A DNA stretch of 64,000 nt, from NCBI GenBank assembly GCA_965204375.1, contig OZ241986.1, forward strand, positions 6,240,001-6,304,000, read 5' to 3'. This stretch comes from Candidatus Latescibacterota bacterium (GTDB lineage Bacteria > Latescibacterota > UBA2968). Position 1 is the stretch's first letter. Every line of letters begins with the position of its first letter. Positions 37,925-48,401 of this stretch are shown one piece after another. A program made the position numbers and the translations under genes. The notes under the pieces are model-generated. The model was not told the DNA's origin. It did no database searches and was given only the letters and a program-made list of their open reading frames with translations.

Positions 37925-39070
37925 TCATGCATAAGCGGGAAGCCCGACTTCACTTGCATTGACAATACTGGGGGCTGCCTGTGGGGGATTGTCGCCGAGG
38001 AAGGGCAAGACATCGTCCGGGTCTTGCCAGGCGCCATAGCCATTCAGAACACCAGCCACATTTGAAGCCGCCAAAGTGGCCATTCCCGAACGGGTCCATA
38101 TTGTCGCCGATGCAATATGCGGTACAATGACCACATTGGGCAACTCTTTAAGCCCGGGTTTCATCAGGGGTTCGTCTTCAAATACGTCGAGGCCGACTTT
38201 GAAATCCGGATGGGTTTGGCAGTGTGCGACCAGTGCGACTTCGTCGATGACCGGACCGCGGCTGGCGTTGATGAGAATCGCATTGTCCTTCATCAGCGCA
38301 AGACGCTCGGTATTCATCAGGTGGAAGGTGGTGTCATCCAATAGCGGATGTAAGCTCACCACGTCGGCAGTTCTCAATACGTCTTCGACCGAGTCCAAAC
38401 GCCGACAGGTGATGGGTTCGTCGCCTTGAGCTTTTAAGAATTCGCCATAAGCCGCGATATAATTTTCCATGTATTCATTGGGATACGGGTCAAAATAAAC
38501 CACGTTCATTTTGAACCCTTCGGACATCATTTTGGCATAAGCACAGCCGATGCGACCGGCGCCAATTACGCCGACTGTTTTCCCGGTCATCAATTCGCCC
38601 AGATAAAGCGTGGGCAACCAGCCGTGATATTTTTCAGCGCGCATAAAAGCATCGGCTTCGATTACCCGACGCGCGGCTGAAAAGGTGAGGGAGACGGCCA
38701 TTTCAGCGGTGGTCTCGGTCAAGACGCCCGGCGTATTGCCTACCGGTATGCCGTATTTTGTCGCTACGCCAACATCCACATTATTGTATCCCACGGCATA
38801 GTTGGAATACGCTTTGCCTCCCGCATTCTTGAGGACGGTGAACAGTTCTTCACCCCATTTTTCCGTCAATTGTCCGATTACGCCATCGCATTGATCGCCG
38901 ATTTTGTCTCTGATTTCTTCGACACTCAAAATTTCCGTCGATGTGCCAATCTCTACGCGGCAATCAGCAGCGGTGAGAATTTCAAGCCAGCGGTCGCCGG
39001 GCAATTCTTTGGTTACGACGACGCGCTTGCTGCCCGATTCGTTGTGTGTTCTCCAGTCATTGGTGCTCAA
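37925..39070 (-). CDS. Glycerate dehydrogenase / hydroxypyruvate reductase (plant HPR1-like)
   Basis: CDGVIGQLTEKWG, AVGYNNVDV, GNTPGVLTETTAE, GAGRIG, VPHIASA..WTR.GMATLAA. Confidence 0.9.
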   Translation of the reverse strand: MSTNDWRTHNESGSKRVVVTKELPGDRWLEILTAADCRVEIGTSTEILSVEEIRDKIGDQCDGVIGQLTEKWGEELFTVLKNAGGKAYSNYAVGYNNVDVGVATKYGIPVGNTPGVLTETTAEMAVSLTFSAARRVIEADAFMRAEKYHGWLPTLYLGELMTGKTVGVIGAGRIGCAYAKMMSEGFKMNVVYFDPYPNEYMENYIAAYGEFLKAQGDEPITCRRLDSVEDVLRTADVVSLHPLLDDTTFHLMNTERLALMKDNAILINASRGPVIDEVALVAHCQTHPDFKVGLDVFEDEPLMKPGLKELPNVVIVPHIASATIWTRSGMATLAASNVAGVLNGYGAWQDPDDVLPFLGDNPPQAAPSIVNASEVGLPAYA

Positions 39071-39231
39071 AATACATCCTCCTTATAAGTATGCGTTCTG
39101 TTCAGAAAATTGCGAGTGTGGAATATAACCAACCAGAGTGTTTGTTTCAAGTAATTCTCACTGTACACAAAAACGCGCCCGAACGTGAGGGCGCGAAATA
39201 AATTATTTACAGAAGCAGTCAGGGATGCATG

Positions 39232-39465
39232 CTACTTGGGGAGATTCAACAAAATAGTGACTGTGGCACCGAAAATAGTGAGCAAGATCGTGAAGAGAAG
39301 GCCAATAACCCACTTGAAAAGGCTAAGCATGCGGTTTTCCAGGTTGATCATACGATTGGATATATCACGCTGGCCTTCGTTCAGGCTGGCAAGCTGTTGG
39401 GTGATCTGCTCAACAATCCCTTCAAGTCTTGCAGTGCGAGCTTCAAGGGTGGGTAACTGTGCCAT
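39232..39465 (-). CDS. Small coiled-coil protein with C-terminal TM helix
   Basis: LEARTARLEG heptads then FKWVIGLLFTILL; AAAGGA RBS. Confidence 0.65.
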   Translation of the reverse strand: MAQLPTLEARTARLEGIVEQITQQLASLNEGQRDISNRMINLENRMLSLFKWVIGLLFTILLTIFGATVTILLNLPK

Positions 39466-39497
39466 TGGGTGTCCTTTTTGTGTTGTGGTGCCGCAAA

Positions 39498-42400
39498 TCA
39501 ATATGATTGGGTTTCAGCATTTTCAATCACGGGCGCGATATCGAGGACTTCGCGGTCGAGTTTGGGGGGCGTTCCTTTGCCATTGAGCCAGTAGTTCGCC
39601 ATTTTTTTGGCGGCGGCCATTTTGGGCCAGATCACTTCGCGGTAGCCCCGCACATCGTCGGGGAGGCGCAGTGCTTTTACATAAGTATCATATCGCTCTG
39701 TACTGTCAAAATCAAAATCATCTACCAGATCGATATACCAGTCTCGATAGTTTTTTTCCTCGCGGTGCCAGGCTGGTAGCCTGCGTAAAAAGCGCGTGCG
39801 TTTCATGATATTGAGCATCCAGTCGCGGGTTTGAATATCGAATCTGATGTCCAGTCCCAGGACGGTGAAATGCGGACGGGTTAAATGCCTGTAAGAAATC
39901 CGATCGCCGCGACTGGGATCGACATCGTAACGCACACGGTCGCGGCGATACTTTTCCTCGCTTGTCAATAGATGAGCCACGTAGATTTCATCTTTATAGG
40001 TCATCACGCGGGCGAGAAAGCGCACCACAGCATCGGTTGCGCGATACTGATATTGGACATTATCGCGGTCGTAAATCCTTTTTACGCGATCGATATAAGA
40101 CTGTGCGTATTCGACGCCTCCCCATTGGATGAGGTCGTAAACACCCAAAGCAAATTGCAATTTTGTCGCGTCCGAAAGAGACCAGTCGGCGATTGTCTCT
40201 GAGAGGGTGCGATAGGTTTCGGCCAAGTTGTCGCCCCGCGTTTTGGTCAGAATTTCCGTTTTATCGCCAATGAGGCCTCTGTATGTGGTTACGAGTTTGG
40301 GCTTGAAAAATGCATCGGGATCCAACGCGGCTTTGCGCCCCATCTCAAATGCTTTGAGATTGGCTTCGAGTTCATTCGATTTGATATTTTGCTTCATCGC
40401 CCACCGGATATTCTCCAGTGTTAGGGGCAATGCGCCCCGTTGAAATGCCGCGCCCAGCAAGATGCTATTGGCATAGATTTTGTTGCCCAGGTATCGTTCG
40501 GAGATTTCGCCGAGGTCCATCCCAAAATACGTGTCGGAATTGGTATAACGCCGCAACATATCCTCCAGATGATCTGTATCAAAATCGTCTCGGCCAATCA
40601 TCGACAAAATGGTTTCGCGTTTGCCGGTTTCCACGACGGCTGTGGTGCGCTGAGGGCTGCCTACGCGACCGGTTCCATTCGGATCTAACCCGCGCACGGC
40701 CTCCAGAATGTCCAATCCCAACAGCAAGTCTGCATGCCCGTAGGGCGTCAATTGCGAAATCACCCGCTCGTCTTTGGTAAAACTGACGTGGGAATACACG
40801 CCGCCGTTGCGAATAGCCAGTCCCTTTTTGTTGGTGAAGCGAACGGTATATCCCTGCTTTGCGCCTGCAACGGCGATAATCGCAGAAATGGTGTTGATGC
40901 CCATGCCGCCTACGCCGGCTACATACGCGTACCACGCCGTATCAAAGTCGCGGCATTCGGGTTCGGGAATATCCGATAGATCTATCGATTCGGTTTGCAC
41001 CTCGGGCGCGTGCGATCGGTGAACTGTCATGCGTTCAAAAGAGGGACACGTTTTATCGCCATTGGCAACTTCGACCTTTGTACACGCCCCGTCTGCAACG
41101 CACAAAGATAGATCGGTCGCGACTTTTGGACCGTGAAGCGATTCTTCTACGGTCAAGCCGCTACACCCGGTTGCCTGCGTGCATTCCAGACAATATTCAC
41201 AGACTTCTGGCGTGATGTTGATGTGGGTTTCTTCCGACAGAAATCCCTTTTCCCGAACGGTCTGAATCTGCTCTGCGCGCACGCGACGGTGATATGTGAT
41301 GCCACATTCTTTGTCGGCAATGACAATTTTGACGCCGTCTTTTAGAAGTGCTTGTTCCAGGACATCGCGATACGCCTCCCGATTTGCCGGGTTCATGCGG
41401 GCGACCATCACCGGACCATTTGTGCCGCCACCCAAACCGCGCACGACCTGTTCGATATCCTGAGCAAAGGTCGGGCGTCCCATCAGGTCAATATCTACCC
41501 CCGGCGTGGGCTGGTGCCCCGTCATTGCCGTGGTTTTATTATCTAAAATGATATAGGTAATATCTTGCCCGTGTTTAATCGAATCGGAAATCGCCGCCAT
41601 TCCGCTGTGGAAAAATGTCGAATCGCCCATGAACACGAGTTGTTTGTTGTCGATAAAAGGATCGATACCCGCACCCGTGCCACCACCGAGTCCCATTCCC
41701 GACAAATTGTGCATCAGCCGGTTAAATGGCTCGTATTTCAATAGGGAATAACATCCGATATCTCCGTGAAAAATCAGATCCGTCGGATCTGTGCCGTGCT
41801 TGCGCCGCATATAATCGCCATCTTGCAAATCATCGATCATCTTGTCCAGCACGCTGGCTGAATCTCGGTGCGGGCAGCCCGGGCAAAACGAGGGCGTGCG
41901 AACCGTTGCGCTCAGGTCATAAGTTTCTGTCTGAGCCATCAAGGCGACAACAGCATCAATGCGCTCGGCATCTACGGGCACTGTGGGGTCGTCGAGCGAT
42001 TTCAACACTGGGGCCAATACATTGAGTGTGATGCTCGGATTGAGGCCACAACTGTCGGGGAAACCGGATCCATGGGGAAAGCGTTTGCCCCATATCCGAA
42101 ATGCCTTTGTTTTGCCGGCTTGATACAGGTTTTGCAAGGCAGTGGCAATTTGTTCTTCCAGAAAACCGCGTTTTTCTTCCACTACATAAATTTCATCGAC
42201 CATATTTGTAAATTCGCGCAAAATTTCCGAATCAATCGGATAGGTAATCCCATATTTCAAAATGGGAATGCTGCCCCCCAACCCAACCATATTGAGCGCG
42301 TGTTCCAAATAACAATAGGCCAAACTGCTGGTGACAAAGCCGATCCGCTTTTTGCCAGAGTCTGGCCGATATAAAATTCGATTCAACCCGTATGCTTTTG

Positions 42401-43118
42401 CGAGGGTGAGCAGCTTGGGAAAACGCTGCTCGAGGACCTCCTTTTCTTTTATCACAGTATGTGGGGGGATAATCACGCGATCATCTGGGGAAATCGTCTG
42501 TGGATCCAGGCGGATGGGATGGTTAAATGTTTTTTCGGGAAACTGGTTTGCGTGTACTTCGACCGTGCCCCCGCCATCTGCCTGGTTGGATGTCACGAGG
42601 TAGGCGATATAAAGCCGGGTTTTTTCCGACAACTCAAAGGCGACTTTGATCCAGTCTTTCATTTCCTGAAAGGTGCTGGGTTCAAATATGGGCATATACA
42701 GGTGTTTGGCAATAAAGCGAGAATCAGCAGGCACTTGTGTGCCCTCAGACCACGTATCATCGCCGAATACGGCAACCGCAGCAGCACCTTCACCTGTTCC
42801 GGCCATATTGCCCAGTGCCAGCGCGTCTGAAGCGACGTGCGCGCCCACGCTTTTCATGACTGCGATGGCGCGAATGGATTCCATCTGTGCCCCATTGAGA
42901 CGCGCTGCTCCCAGGGCTTCGTTGTTGGCAATTTGCACCATCACGCCTTTTTCTACCAACAACTCGCGGATGCGCTCTGCTGCATCAAATACTTCTGCCA
43001 CGGGTGATCCGGGATATCCCGTCATCAACCCCATGCCGCCTTCGAGGCTACCCTTGACAATCAATTCATTGCCCGTAAAAATACCCGTGCCCTTTTCAAA
43101 TGTAAATCGAGGATCCAT
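39498..43118 (-). CDS. Single-chain indolepyruvate:ferredoxin oxidoreductase family protein (alpha+beta fused)
   Basis: GYPGSP, FCPGCPH, GDSTFFHSG..DN..TAMTG, Cys ferredoxin motifs, AGVGGMG, TYKDEIYVA. Confidence 0.88.
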   Translation of the reverse strand: MDPRFTFEKGTGIFTGNELIVKGSLEGGMGLMTGYPGSPVAEVFDAAERIRELLVEKGVMVQIANNEALGAARLNGAQMESIRAIAVMKSVGAHVASDALALGNMAGTGEGAAAVAVFGDDTWSEGTQVPADSRFIAKHLYMPIFEPSTFQEMKDWIKVAFELSEKTRLYIAYLVTSNQADGGGTVEVHANQFPEKTFNHPIRLDPQTISPDDRVIIPPHTVIKEKEVLEQRFPKLLTLAKAYGLNRILYRPDSGKKRIGFVTSSLAYCYLEHALNMVGLGGSIPILKYGITYPIDSEILREFTNMVDEIYVVEEKRGFLEEQIATALQNLYQAGKTKAFRIWGKRFPHGSGFPDSCGLNPSITLNVLAPVLKSLDDPTVPVDAERIDAVVALMAQTETYDLSATVRTPSFCPGCPHRDSASVLDKMIDDLQDGDYMRRKHGTDPTDLIFHGDIGCYSLLKYEPFNRLMHNLSGMGLGGGTGAGIDPFIDNKQLVFMGDSTFFHSGMAAISDSIKHGQDITYIILDNKTTAMTGHQPTPGVDIDLMGRPTFAQDIEQVVRGLGGGTNGPVMVARMNPANREAYRDVLEQALLKDGVKIVIADKECGITYHRRVRAEQIQTVREKGFLSEETHINITPEVCEYCLECTQATGCSGLTVEESLHGPKVATDLSLCVADGACTKVEVANGDKTCPSFERMTVHRSHAPEVQTESIDLSDIPEPECRDFDTAWYAYVAGVGGMGINTISAIIAVAGAKQGYTVRFTNKKGLAIRNGGVYSHVSFTKDERVISQLTPYGHADLLLGLDILEAVRGLDPNGTGRVGSPQRTTAVVETGKRETILSMIGRDDFDTDHLEDMLRRYTNSDTYFGMDLGEISERYLGNKIYANSILLGAAFQRGALPLTLENIRWAMKQNIKSNELEANLKAFEMGRKAALDPDAFFKPKLVTTYRGLIGDKTEILTKTRGDNLAETYRTLSETIADWSLSDATKLQFALGVYDLIQWGGVEYAQSYIDRVKRIYDRDNVQYQYRATDAVVRFLARVMTYKDEIYVAHLLTSEEKYRRDRVRYDVDPSRGDRISYRHLTRPHFTVLGLDIRFDIQTRDWMLNIMKRTRFLRRLPAWHREEKNYRDWYIDLVDDFDFDSTERYDTYVKALRLPDDVRGYREVIWPKMAAAKKMANYWLNGKGTPPKLDREVLDIAPVIENAETQSY

Positions 43119-43127
43119 CAATATCCT

Positions 43128-44501
43128 TTAGAATGCTGTGCTTTGCCAATTGGGATTGTAGAGTTCACCCGACATGGTCGAATGCACCAGTTCGTAAACG
43201 CCGGTTCCTCGGCGATCAAAAAATACAAAAATATATCGTCCCGACTTTTCGTAAGTCCAGGTATCTATGGCTTTTCCTATCGCAGCCGATGTGGTATAAT
43301 CGCGCTCGCTGGGCGGCCCGTATTTGATATAAACACGTCCTTTGTCTGTGTCTGATCCCCGCTTCCCCGGTTGTGCCGTAAACGTATCATCGGAGTATTT
43401 CATGCGATTTATATGGTCTCGAAGCCGTTCATTTAAGGGCGTCTTTGGGGTCGGATCCAGTTTTTTCCAAAATGTCCGGAGGAATTTCATTTTCGAATCC
43501 CGTGTTGGCAAAGATTCGTAAAGACCGAGATCTTTTTCAGACGCAATGTGATGAATGGTTTGAAAATATCGCAATTGTTCCTGTTGTGCCTCCGTCAATT
43601 GTGGATTTTCATTTTCATCTGAAATGAGAAAGACTTTGCGTTTGTGCCGCACATGTTCGCGCGTGCTGCGGTCAAATAACTCGATTTGCAAATCGTACGC
43701 GCCGCCAGATAGTCCTTCTGTTTCCAGGGTTTCTGTTTTTACTACGCTTTCGCCGGGCTTGATCAGTCGCTTTGCCGGATACGATTTGACAACGACACCG
43801 GCGGTGTCGAGCAAACTGTATCCCAAAACAAATGAATCATTGGGATTGTCGGGCATGACCTTGAAGTTGTAAACCTCAAAGTAGGTCTGTATTGGTTTCC
43901 CCACGCGGAAGAACCGCGTTGTATTGGGGACGACGTGCCATCCATTTTTGACAAAGCGCCCGGCAGATTCGGCTTTTTTTAGTTCCGAAGCGAATACCAC
44001 ATCGCTTACGACCAACTCAGTACCCTCAAAACGACGCACGCGCATATTCCCTTCACAGGCACCTGAAATATCTCCGTAAATATCTTCGGCTGTCAGTGTC
44101 ATTTTGTAAGGACCCGGCGCAATATCAACGGCGATGATATCGCGCACCAGCGCGCCATTTTGTTTCAATTCTCGGATATTTACTACCGAAACATTTCGCG
44201 TCCACAACTCTTGCACTGTAGGATTTCCCGCGGAGTCTTGCAGAGAAAGCTCAAAGTCAATTTGGGATACGTATTTACCATCTTCGGGTACAAACTGCAA
44301 TTGTCGCGCATCGATTAATGTATAGACTTCCAGGCGCGTGAGGTTTTGAGGTCCCCGAAATGCAGCGGTTTCGGCAAAAACGCGCAATTCGCCCTTTGAG
44401 CGCAAAGGCATATCCCGATATACTGGTGCATCCTCTTGCCCATATGCCGTTGTCCAGAAACAGGCGGCGACTATCGCAACATACCATTTTATGATACGCA
44501 T
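43128..44501 (-). CDS. GWxTD-domain-type exported protein
   Basis: Signal peptide; FWKKLDPTP.T..NE, GSDTDKGRVYIKYGPP, W.Y. Confidence 0.8.
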   Translation of the reverse strand: MRIIKWYVAIVAACFWTTAYGQEDAPVYRDMPLRSKGELRVFAETAAFRGPQNLTRLEVYTLIDARQLQFVPEDGKYVSQIDFELSLQDSAGNPTVQELWTRNVSVVNIRELKQNGALVRDIIAVDIAPGPYKMTLTAEDIYGDISGACEGNMRVRRFEGTELVVSDVVFASELKKAESAGRFVKNGWHVVPNTTRFFRVGKPIQTYFEVYNFKVMPDNPNDSFVLGYSLLDTAGVVVKSYPAKRLIKPGESVVKTETLETEGLSGGAYDLQIELFDRSTREHVRHKRKVFLISDENENPQLTEAQQEQLRYFQTIHHIASEKDLGLYESLPTRDSKMKFLRTFWKKLDPTPKTPLNERLRDHINRMKYSDDTFTAQPGKRGSDTDKGRVYIKYGPPSERDYTTSAAIGKAIDTWTYEKSGRYIFVFFDRRGTGVYELVHSTMSGELYNPNWQSTAF

Positions 44502-44589
44502 GACGATCCTCCAGGTGTTATATACCACAATTCCCCGGCTGGTATTGTAAGAACAGTATAAAAAGTTGAGAAAATGGAATCAAGCGTTA

Positions 44590-45474
44590 TCAAGCCACTT
44601 GATCTGCAGCGTGGTAGGAACTGCGCACCAGTGGGCCGGATTCGACATGCCGAAAACCCAGTGTGAGCGCGAATTGTTTGAGCTCCAAAAATTCATCGGG
44701 ATGGTAAAAGCGCGCCACAGGAACGTGTTGGGCAGACGGTTGCAGATATTGGCCTATTGTGAGAATATCTGTTTTGCAATCTGCGATATCTCGTGTCGTC
44801 TGGCGCACTTCGGCCGGGGTTTCGCCCGCGCCGACCATAATACCCGATTTTGTGGGCATACCGCGCCCCATTGCTTTGGCCCGTTTCAAAAGTGCCAGCG
44901 ACCTGGCGTATTTTGCCTGGGGACGCATGGTTTTATACAGGCGCGGCACGGTTTCGACATTGTGGTTTAAGATATCGGGTGCTGCTTCTATGACCATGCG
45001 CAATGCCCGCCAATTGCCCTGAAAATCCGGGATTAAGACTTCGACCTTTGTATGTCTGCACAACCGCCGAATCGCATATATCGTTTCGGCAAAAATGCGT
45101 GCTCCCCCGTCTGGGAGTTCATCGCGATTTACCGACGTGACCACTGCATGCCGCAATCCCATTGTCTGTACGGCTTTGGCAACCCGTTCGGGTTCTTCGG
45201 TATCAAGGCCCTCGGGACGACCGGTTTTTACCGCGCAAAATCCACAACTCCGCGTACACACATCTCCCAAAATCATAAATGTCGCCGTGCCAGAGTTCCA
45301 GCATTCGCCGATGTTGGGACAGCGCGCACTTTCGCACACTGTGTGGAGATTTAACCCGCGCATCAAGTTTTTCAACGCGCGGTATCCCTCACTGCCCGGG
45401 GCTGGTACGCGAAACCATTCGGGTAGTCGCCTTCGGCGCACGGGAGGTGCTTCAATGTCCATCAGGCCATTCAT
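44590..45474 (-). CDS. lipA: Lipoyl synthase
   Basis: [29 protein letters not shown]. Confidence 0.95.
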   Translation of the reverse strand: MNGLMDIEAPPVRRRRLPEWFRVPAPGSEGYRALKNLMRGLNLHTVCESARCPNIGECWNSGTATFMILGDVCTRSCGFCAVKTGRPEGLDTEEPERVAKAVQTMGLRHAVVTSVNRDELPDGGARIFAETIYAIRRLCRHTKVEVLIPDFQGNWRALRMVIEAAPDILNHNVETVPRLYKTMRPQAKYARSLALLKRAKAMGRGMPTKSGIMVGAGETPAEVRQTTRDIADCKTDILTIGQYLQPSAQHVPVARFYHPDEFLELKQFALTLGFRHVESGPLVRSSYHAADQVA

Positions 45475-46844
45475 TGCACCCTCCGTCCGGTCAGTGTGCG
45501 CAGGGTCGTTTGGGTAATCTCGACATCGGCTATCGCGTTGTCTGCGATGCCCTCTCGGGGAAATACGACCGTCTTGAAACCATCGGATTTGCCCACGGCG
45601 AAACCCTCGCCTTTGCGGGCATCTCCTTGTACCAAAACCTCAAGGGTGCGACCGATATAAGTCGCATTGATTTCTTCAGAAATGCGATTTTGTTGTGCTA
45701 TAATAGTTTCGAGTCTTTGTACCTTTTCTTCTTCTGGTACCGTATCGGGCATCTCGCGGAAAGCGACCGTGCCTTTTCGAGCAGAGTACTTAAACATAAA
45801 TGCGGAATCATAACGCACCTGCGCCATCAATGCCAGCGTAGCTTCAAAGTCGGTTTGGGTTTCACCGGAAAAACCGGCGATAATATCTGTACTCAAACAC
45901 AGATCTGGCATTGCGCTGCGCAAATCATCGACCAGGGCGAGATAGTCTTCGACCGTATAGCTGCGCTTCATCGCTTTTAGAACGCGGTTTGACCCCGACT
46001 GCACGGGCAAATGAATAAAGCGACAAATTTTCTTTTCACGCGCCATTATTTCAATGAATTTTTCAGAGAAATCACTCGGATGGGGCGAGGTAAAGCGAAT
46101 GCGGTCAATGCCGTCTATGCGTGCAATCATCGAAAGTAAATCGGCAAAATCGCAGGTGCCATCGCGATAAGAATTGACGGTTTGGCCCAACAGGGTAACT
46201 TCTCGAAAACCCGCATCGGCGGCAGCACGAGCCTGTCTGACAATTTCGCGCGCTGGCACACTGCGCTCTCTGCCGCGCACGTAGGGCACGATGCAGAATG
46301 TGCAAAATTTATCGCATCCGCGCATAATGGTGATCCAGGCATTGCTGCCCTCTTCGCGCAAGGGATCGATATCCATATAATATTCGCCGCGGTCCAGTCG
46401 CACATCCAGAGCTGAATCACCGCGTGCTTCGGCGATGAGTTCGGGTAGGCGCCGATACGAATCTGGTCCTACGACGAGATCGACGTAGGGCGCGTCGTTC
46501 ATCAGGGACTCCGAAACGTGCTTGGCCATGCACCCCGATACCCCCATAATCAGGTCTGGACGCCGATACTTCAGCCTGCGCAATTGTCCCAATCTGCCTC
46601 TTATTCGCTCTTCGGCGTGTTCGCGTATCGCGCAGGTGTTCAGCACAATGACATCGGCATCTTCTGGACGATGGGCAGAGGTATAACCCGATTGCTCCAA
46701 AATGCCCAGCATCAGTTCCGTATCCGATACATTCATCTGGCAACCGTACGTCTCGATAAAAACCTTTTGCCCGGATACGGGCGCGACAGGTATCTCGGTT
46801 TGCACAGCGCGACCGTCTAATTCAATATCGAGCAATGCGCTCAC
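45471..46844 (-). CDS. miaB: tRNA-2-methylthio-N6-dimethylallyladenosine synthase
   Basis: [27 protein letters not shown]-terminal TRAM domain. Confidence 0.93.
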   Translation of the reverse strand: MSALLDIELDGRAVQTEIPVAPVSGQKVFIETYGCQMNVSDTELMLGILEQSGYTSAHRPEDADVIVLNTCAIREHAEERIRGRLGQLRRLKYRRPDLIMGVSGCMAKHVSESLMNDAPYVDLVVGPDSYRRLPELIAEARGDSALDVRLDRGEYYMDIDPLREEGSNAWITIMRGCDKFCTFCIVPYVRGRERSVPAREIVRQARAAADAGFREVTLLGQTVNSYRDGTCDFADLLSMIARIDGIDRIRFTSPHPSDFSEKFIEIMAREKKICRFIHLPVQSGSNRVLKAMKRSYTVEDYLALVDDLRSAMPDLCLSTDIIAGFSGETQTDFEATLALMAQVRYDSAFMFKYSARKGTVAFREMPDTVPEEEKVQRLETIIAQQNRISEEINATYIGRTLEVLVQGDARKGEGFAVGKSDGFKTVVFPREGIADNAIADVEITQTTLRTLTGRRVQ

Positions 46845-47968
46845 GTTCGTTTCCTTGTTATTTTGTTTCTTGCCAAACGCATCTCTTCAATTACTTCTGC
46901 ATCGCGTTCACACAACAGTGCTTTATCAAGTGCCCGTCTCGCCCGCGCACCCCCAATTTTGCCCAGTGCCCAGGCCGCGTGTTGTCGCACGAGTGGCTCG
47001 TCGTCTTTCAGGGCATTTGTCAGGGCGGGAACTTCAGATCTGCTTCCCACATTGCCCAGTGCGACGGCAACGTTTCGCAATAATCCACGCCGTTTGGCGC
47101 GTTTGATCGGGCTGTTTTTGAATCGCTTTGAAAAAGCCTCTTGATCCATGTGGAGCAAGTCGGTTAGCGCGGGCGCATTCAAACCCTCGCGCGCTTGAAA
47201 AGCATGTTCAGAGGTTGGTTTTGCGTGTTTGAGATTCCAGGGGCATACTTCCTGGCAGATATCACATCCAAAGACCCAGTTGCCTATATCCGATCTCAAA
47301 TCTCGCGGAATAGCGCCTTTCATTTCAATGGTTAAATAGGAAATGCACCGCCTCGAATCCACGACATAAGGTTCTGGAATAGCATCTGTTGGACACGCAT
47401 CCAGGCACTGCGTACAGGTGCCGCAATGATCGGGTTGTGGACGATCGACTTTGAGTTCGAGATTCAGAATAATCTCGCCCAAAAAAAACCAGGAACCGCG
47501 GCCCTTGTCAATTAAGCAGGTGTGTTTCCCAAACCAGCCCAGCCCAGCTCGGGCGGCGAAATCGCGCTCCAGAACAGGTCCGGTATCGACATAGACCCGC
47601 CCCTCAGCAGAGGGTTCGATTTGCTGAATTTCAGATAGGAGTTGTAGCAAGCGGTCTTTCATGACGGTGTGATAATCATCGCCACGCGCATAGCGGGCAA
47701 TCTGCCCTTTGGGCTCACCGCCATTATCAGACCCATCGGAACGGGGCTGATAATTGAGACCCACGCACAGTACTGATTTGGCGTCTGGAAATATCTGGCG
47801 AATATCTGAACGCCGATCCAGATTGCGAGCCAAATACCCCATTTCCCCCGCGTAGCCCATTCCCAACCACTTTTGATAAAATGCCCAGTGTTGCGGGGGA
47901 TCTACGGATGCAATCCCCACGGGATCAAATCCCAAACGCCGCGCTGCGTTCTTAATCCGGTGGGTCAT
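46841..47968 (-). CDS. queG: tRNA epoxyqueuosine(34) reductase
   Basis: RYARGDDYH, VDTGPVLER, CGTCTQCLDACPT, GCDICQEVCPWN, HEAT tail. Confidence 0.93.
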   Translation of the reverse strand: MTHRIKNAARRLGFDPVGIASVDPPQHWAFYQKWLGMGYAGEMGYLARNLDRRSDIRQIFPDAKSVLCVGLNYQPRSDGSDNGGEPKGQIARYARGDDYHTVMKDRLLQLLSEIQQIEPSAEGRVYVDTGPVLERDFAARAGLGWFGKHTCLIDKGRGSWFFLGEIILNLELKVDRPQPDHCGTCTQCLDACPTDAIPEPYVVDSRRCISYLTIEMKGAIPRDLRSDIGNWVFGCDICQEVCPWNLKHAKPTSEHAFQAREGLNAPALTDLLHMDQEAFSKRFKNSPIKRAKRRGLLRNVAVALGNVGSRSEVPALTNALKDDEPLVRQHAAWALGKIGGARARRALDKALLCERDAEVIEEMRLARNKITRKRT

Positions 47969-48022
47969 GCAGGCACTCCAAAAATAGAGGGCAGGACACA
48001 ACAATGCCCTGCCCCGTGATTC

Positions 48023-48397
48023 TCAAGGCTGACGAGCCAGTTTGCCAAGTGCGTTGTGAACCGCATCTACCGCCAGATCAGCGGCGTGTTTTCGCGTGGG
48101 GGGCAAGCCGTCAAGCGCGGTCTCGATATCGGCACGAGCGATTTTGCACGCTTGAATGGGCGTTTTGCCAACCACCCATTCCGTGAGTACAGATCCCGAA
48201 GCAATGGTTGCAGCACATCCTTGTGCTTGGAAGCACGCGCGATCAATAACGCCGTCTTTGATGGCAAGATGCAGGGATAGGGTCGCCCCCGAAGCGGGAT
48301 TTTCTGCAAATCCAGTCGCATCGGGGGTGTCCAATGCGCCGACATTTCTGGGATGTTCAAAATGATTCCGTAAGATCGTGGAGTAACCGTCAGACAT
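48023..48397 (-). CDS. IscU/NifU-N-like scaffold protein with degenerate Cys ligands
   Basis: YS...HF..PRNVG, GCAATIAS.S, L.GLPP..KH; canonical CGD reads SGA and HC reads HA. Confidence 0.8.
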   Translation of the reverse strand: MSDGYSTILRNHFEHPRNVGALDTPDATGFAENPASGATLSLHLAIKDGVIDRACFQAQGCAATIASGSVLTEWVVGKTPIQACKIARADIETALDGLPPTRKHAADLAVDAVHNALGKLARQP

Positions 48398-48401
48398 GGA
48401 A

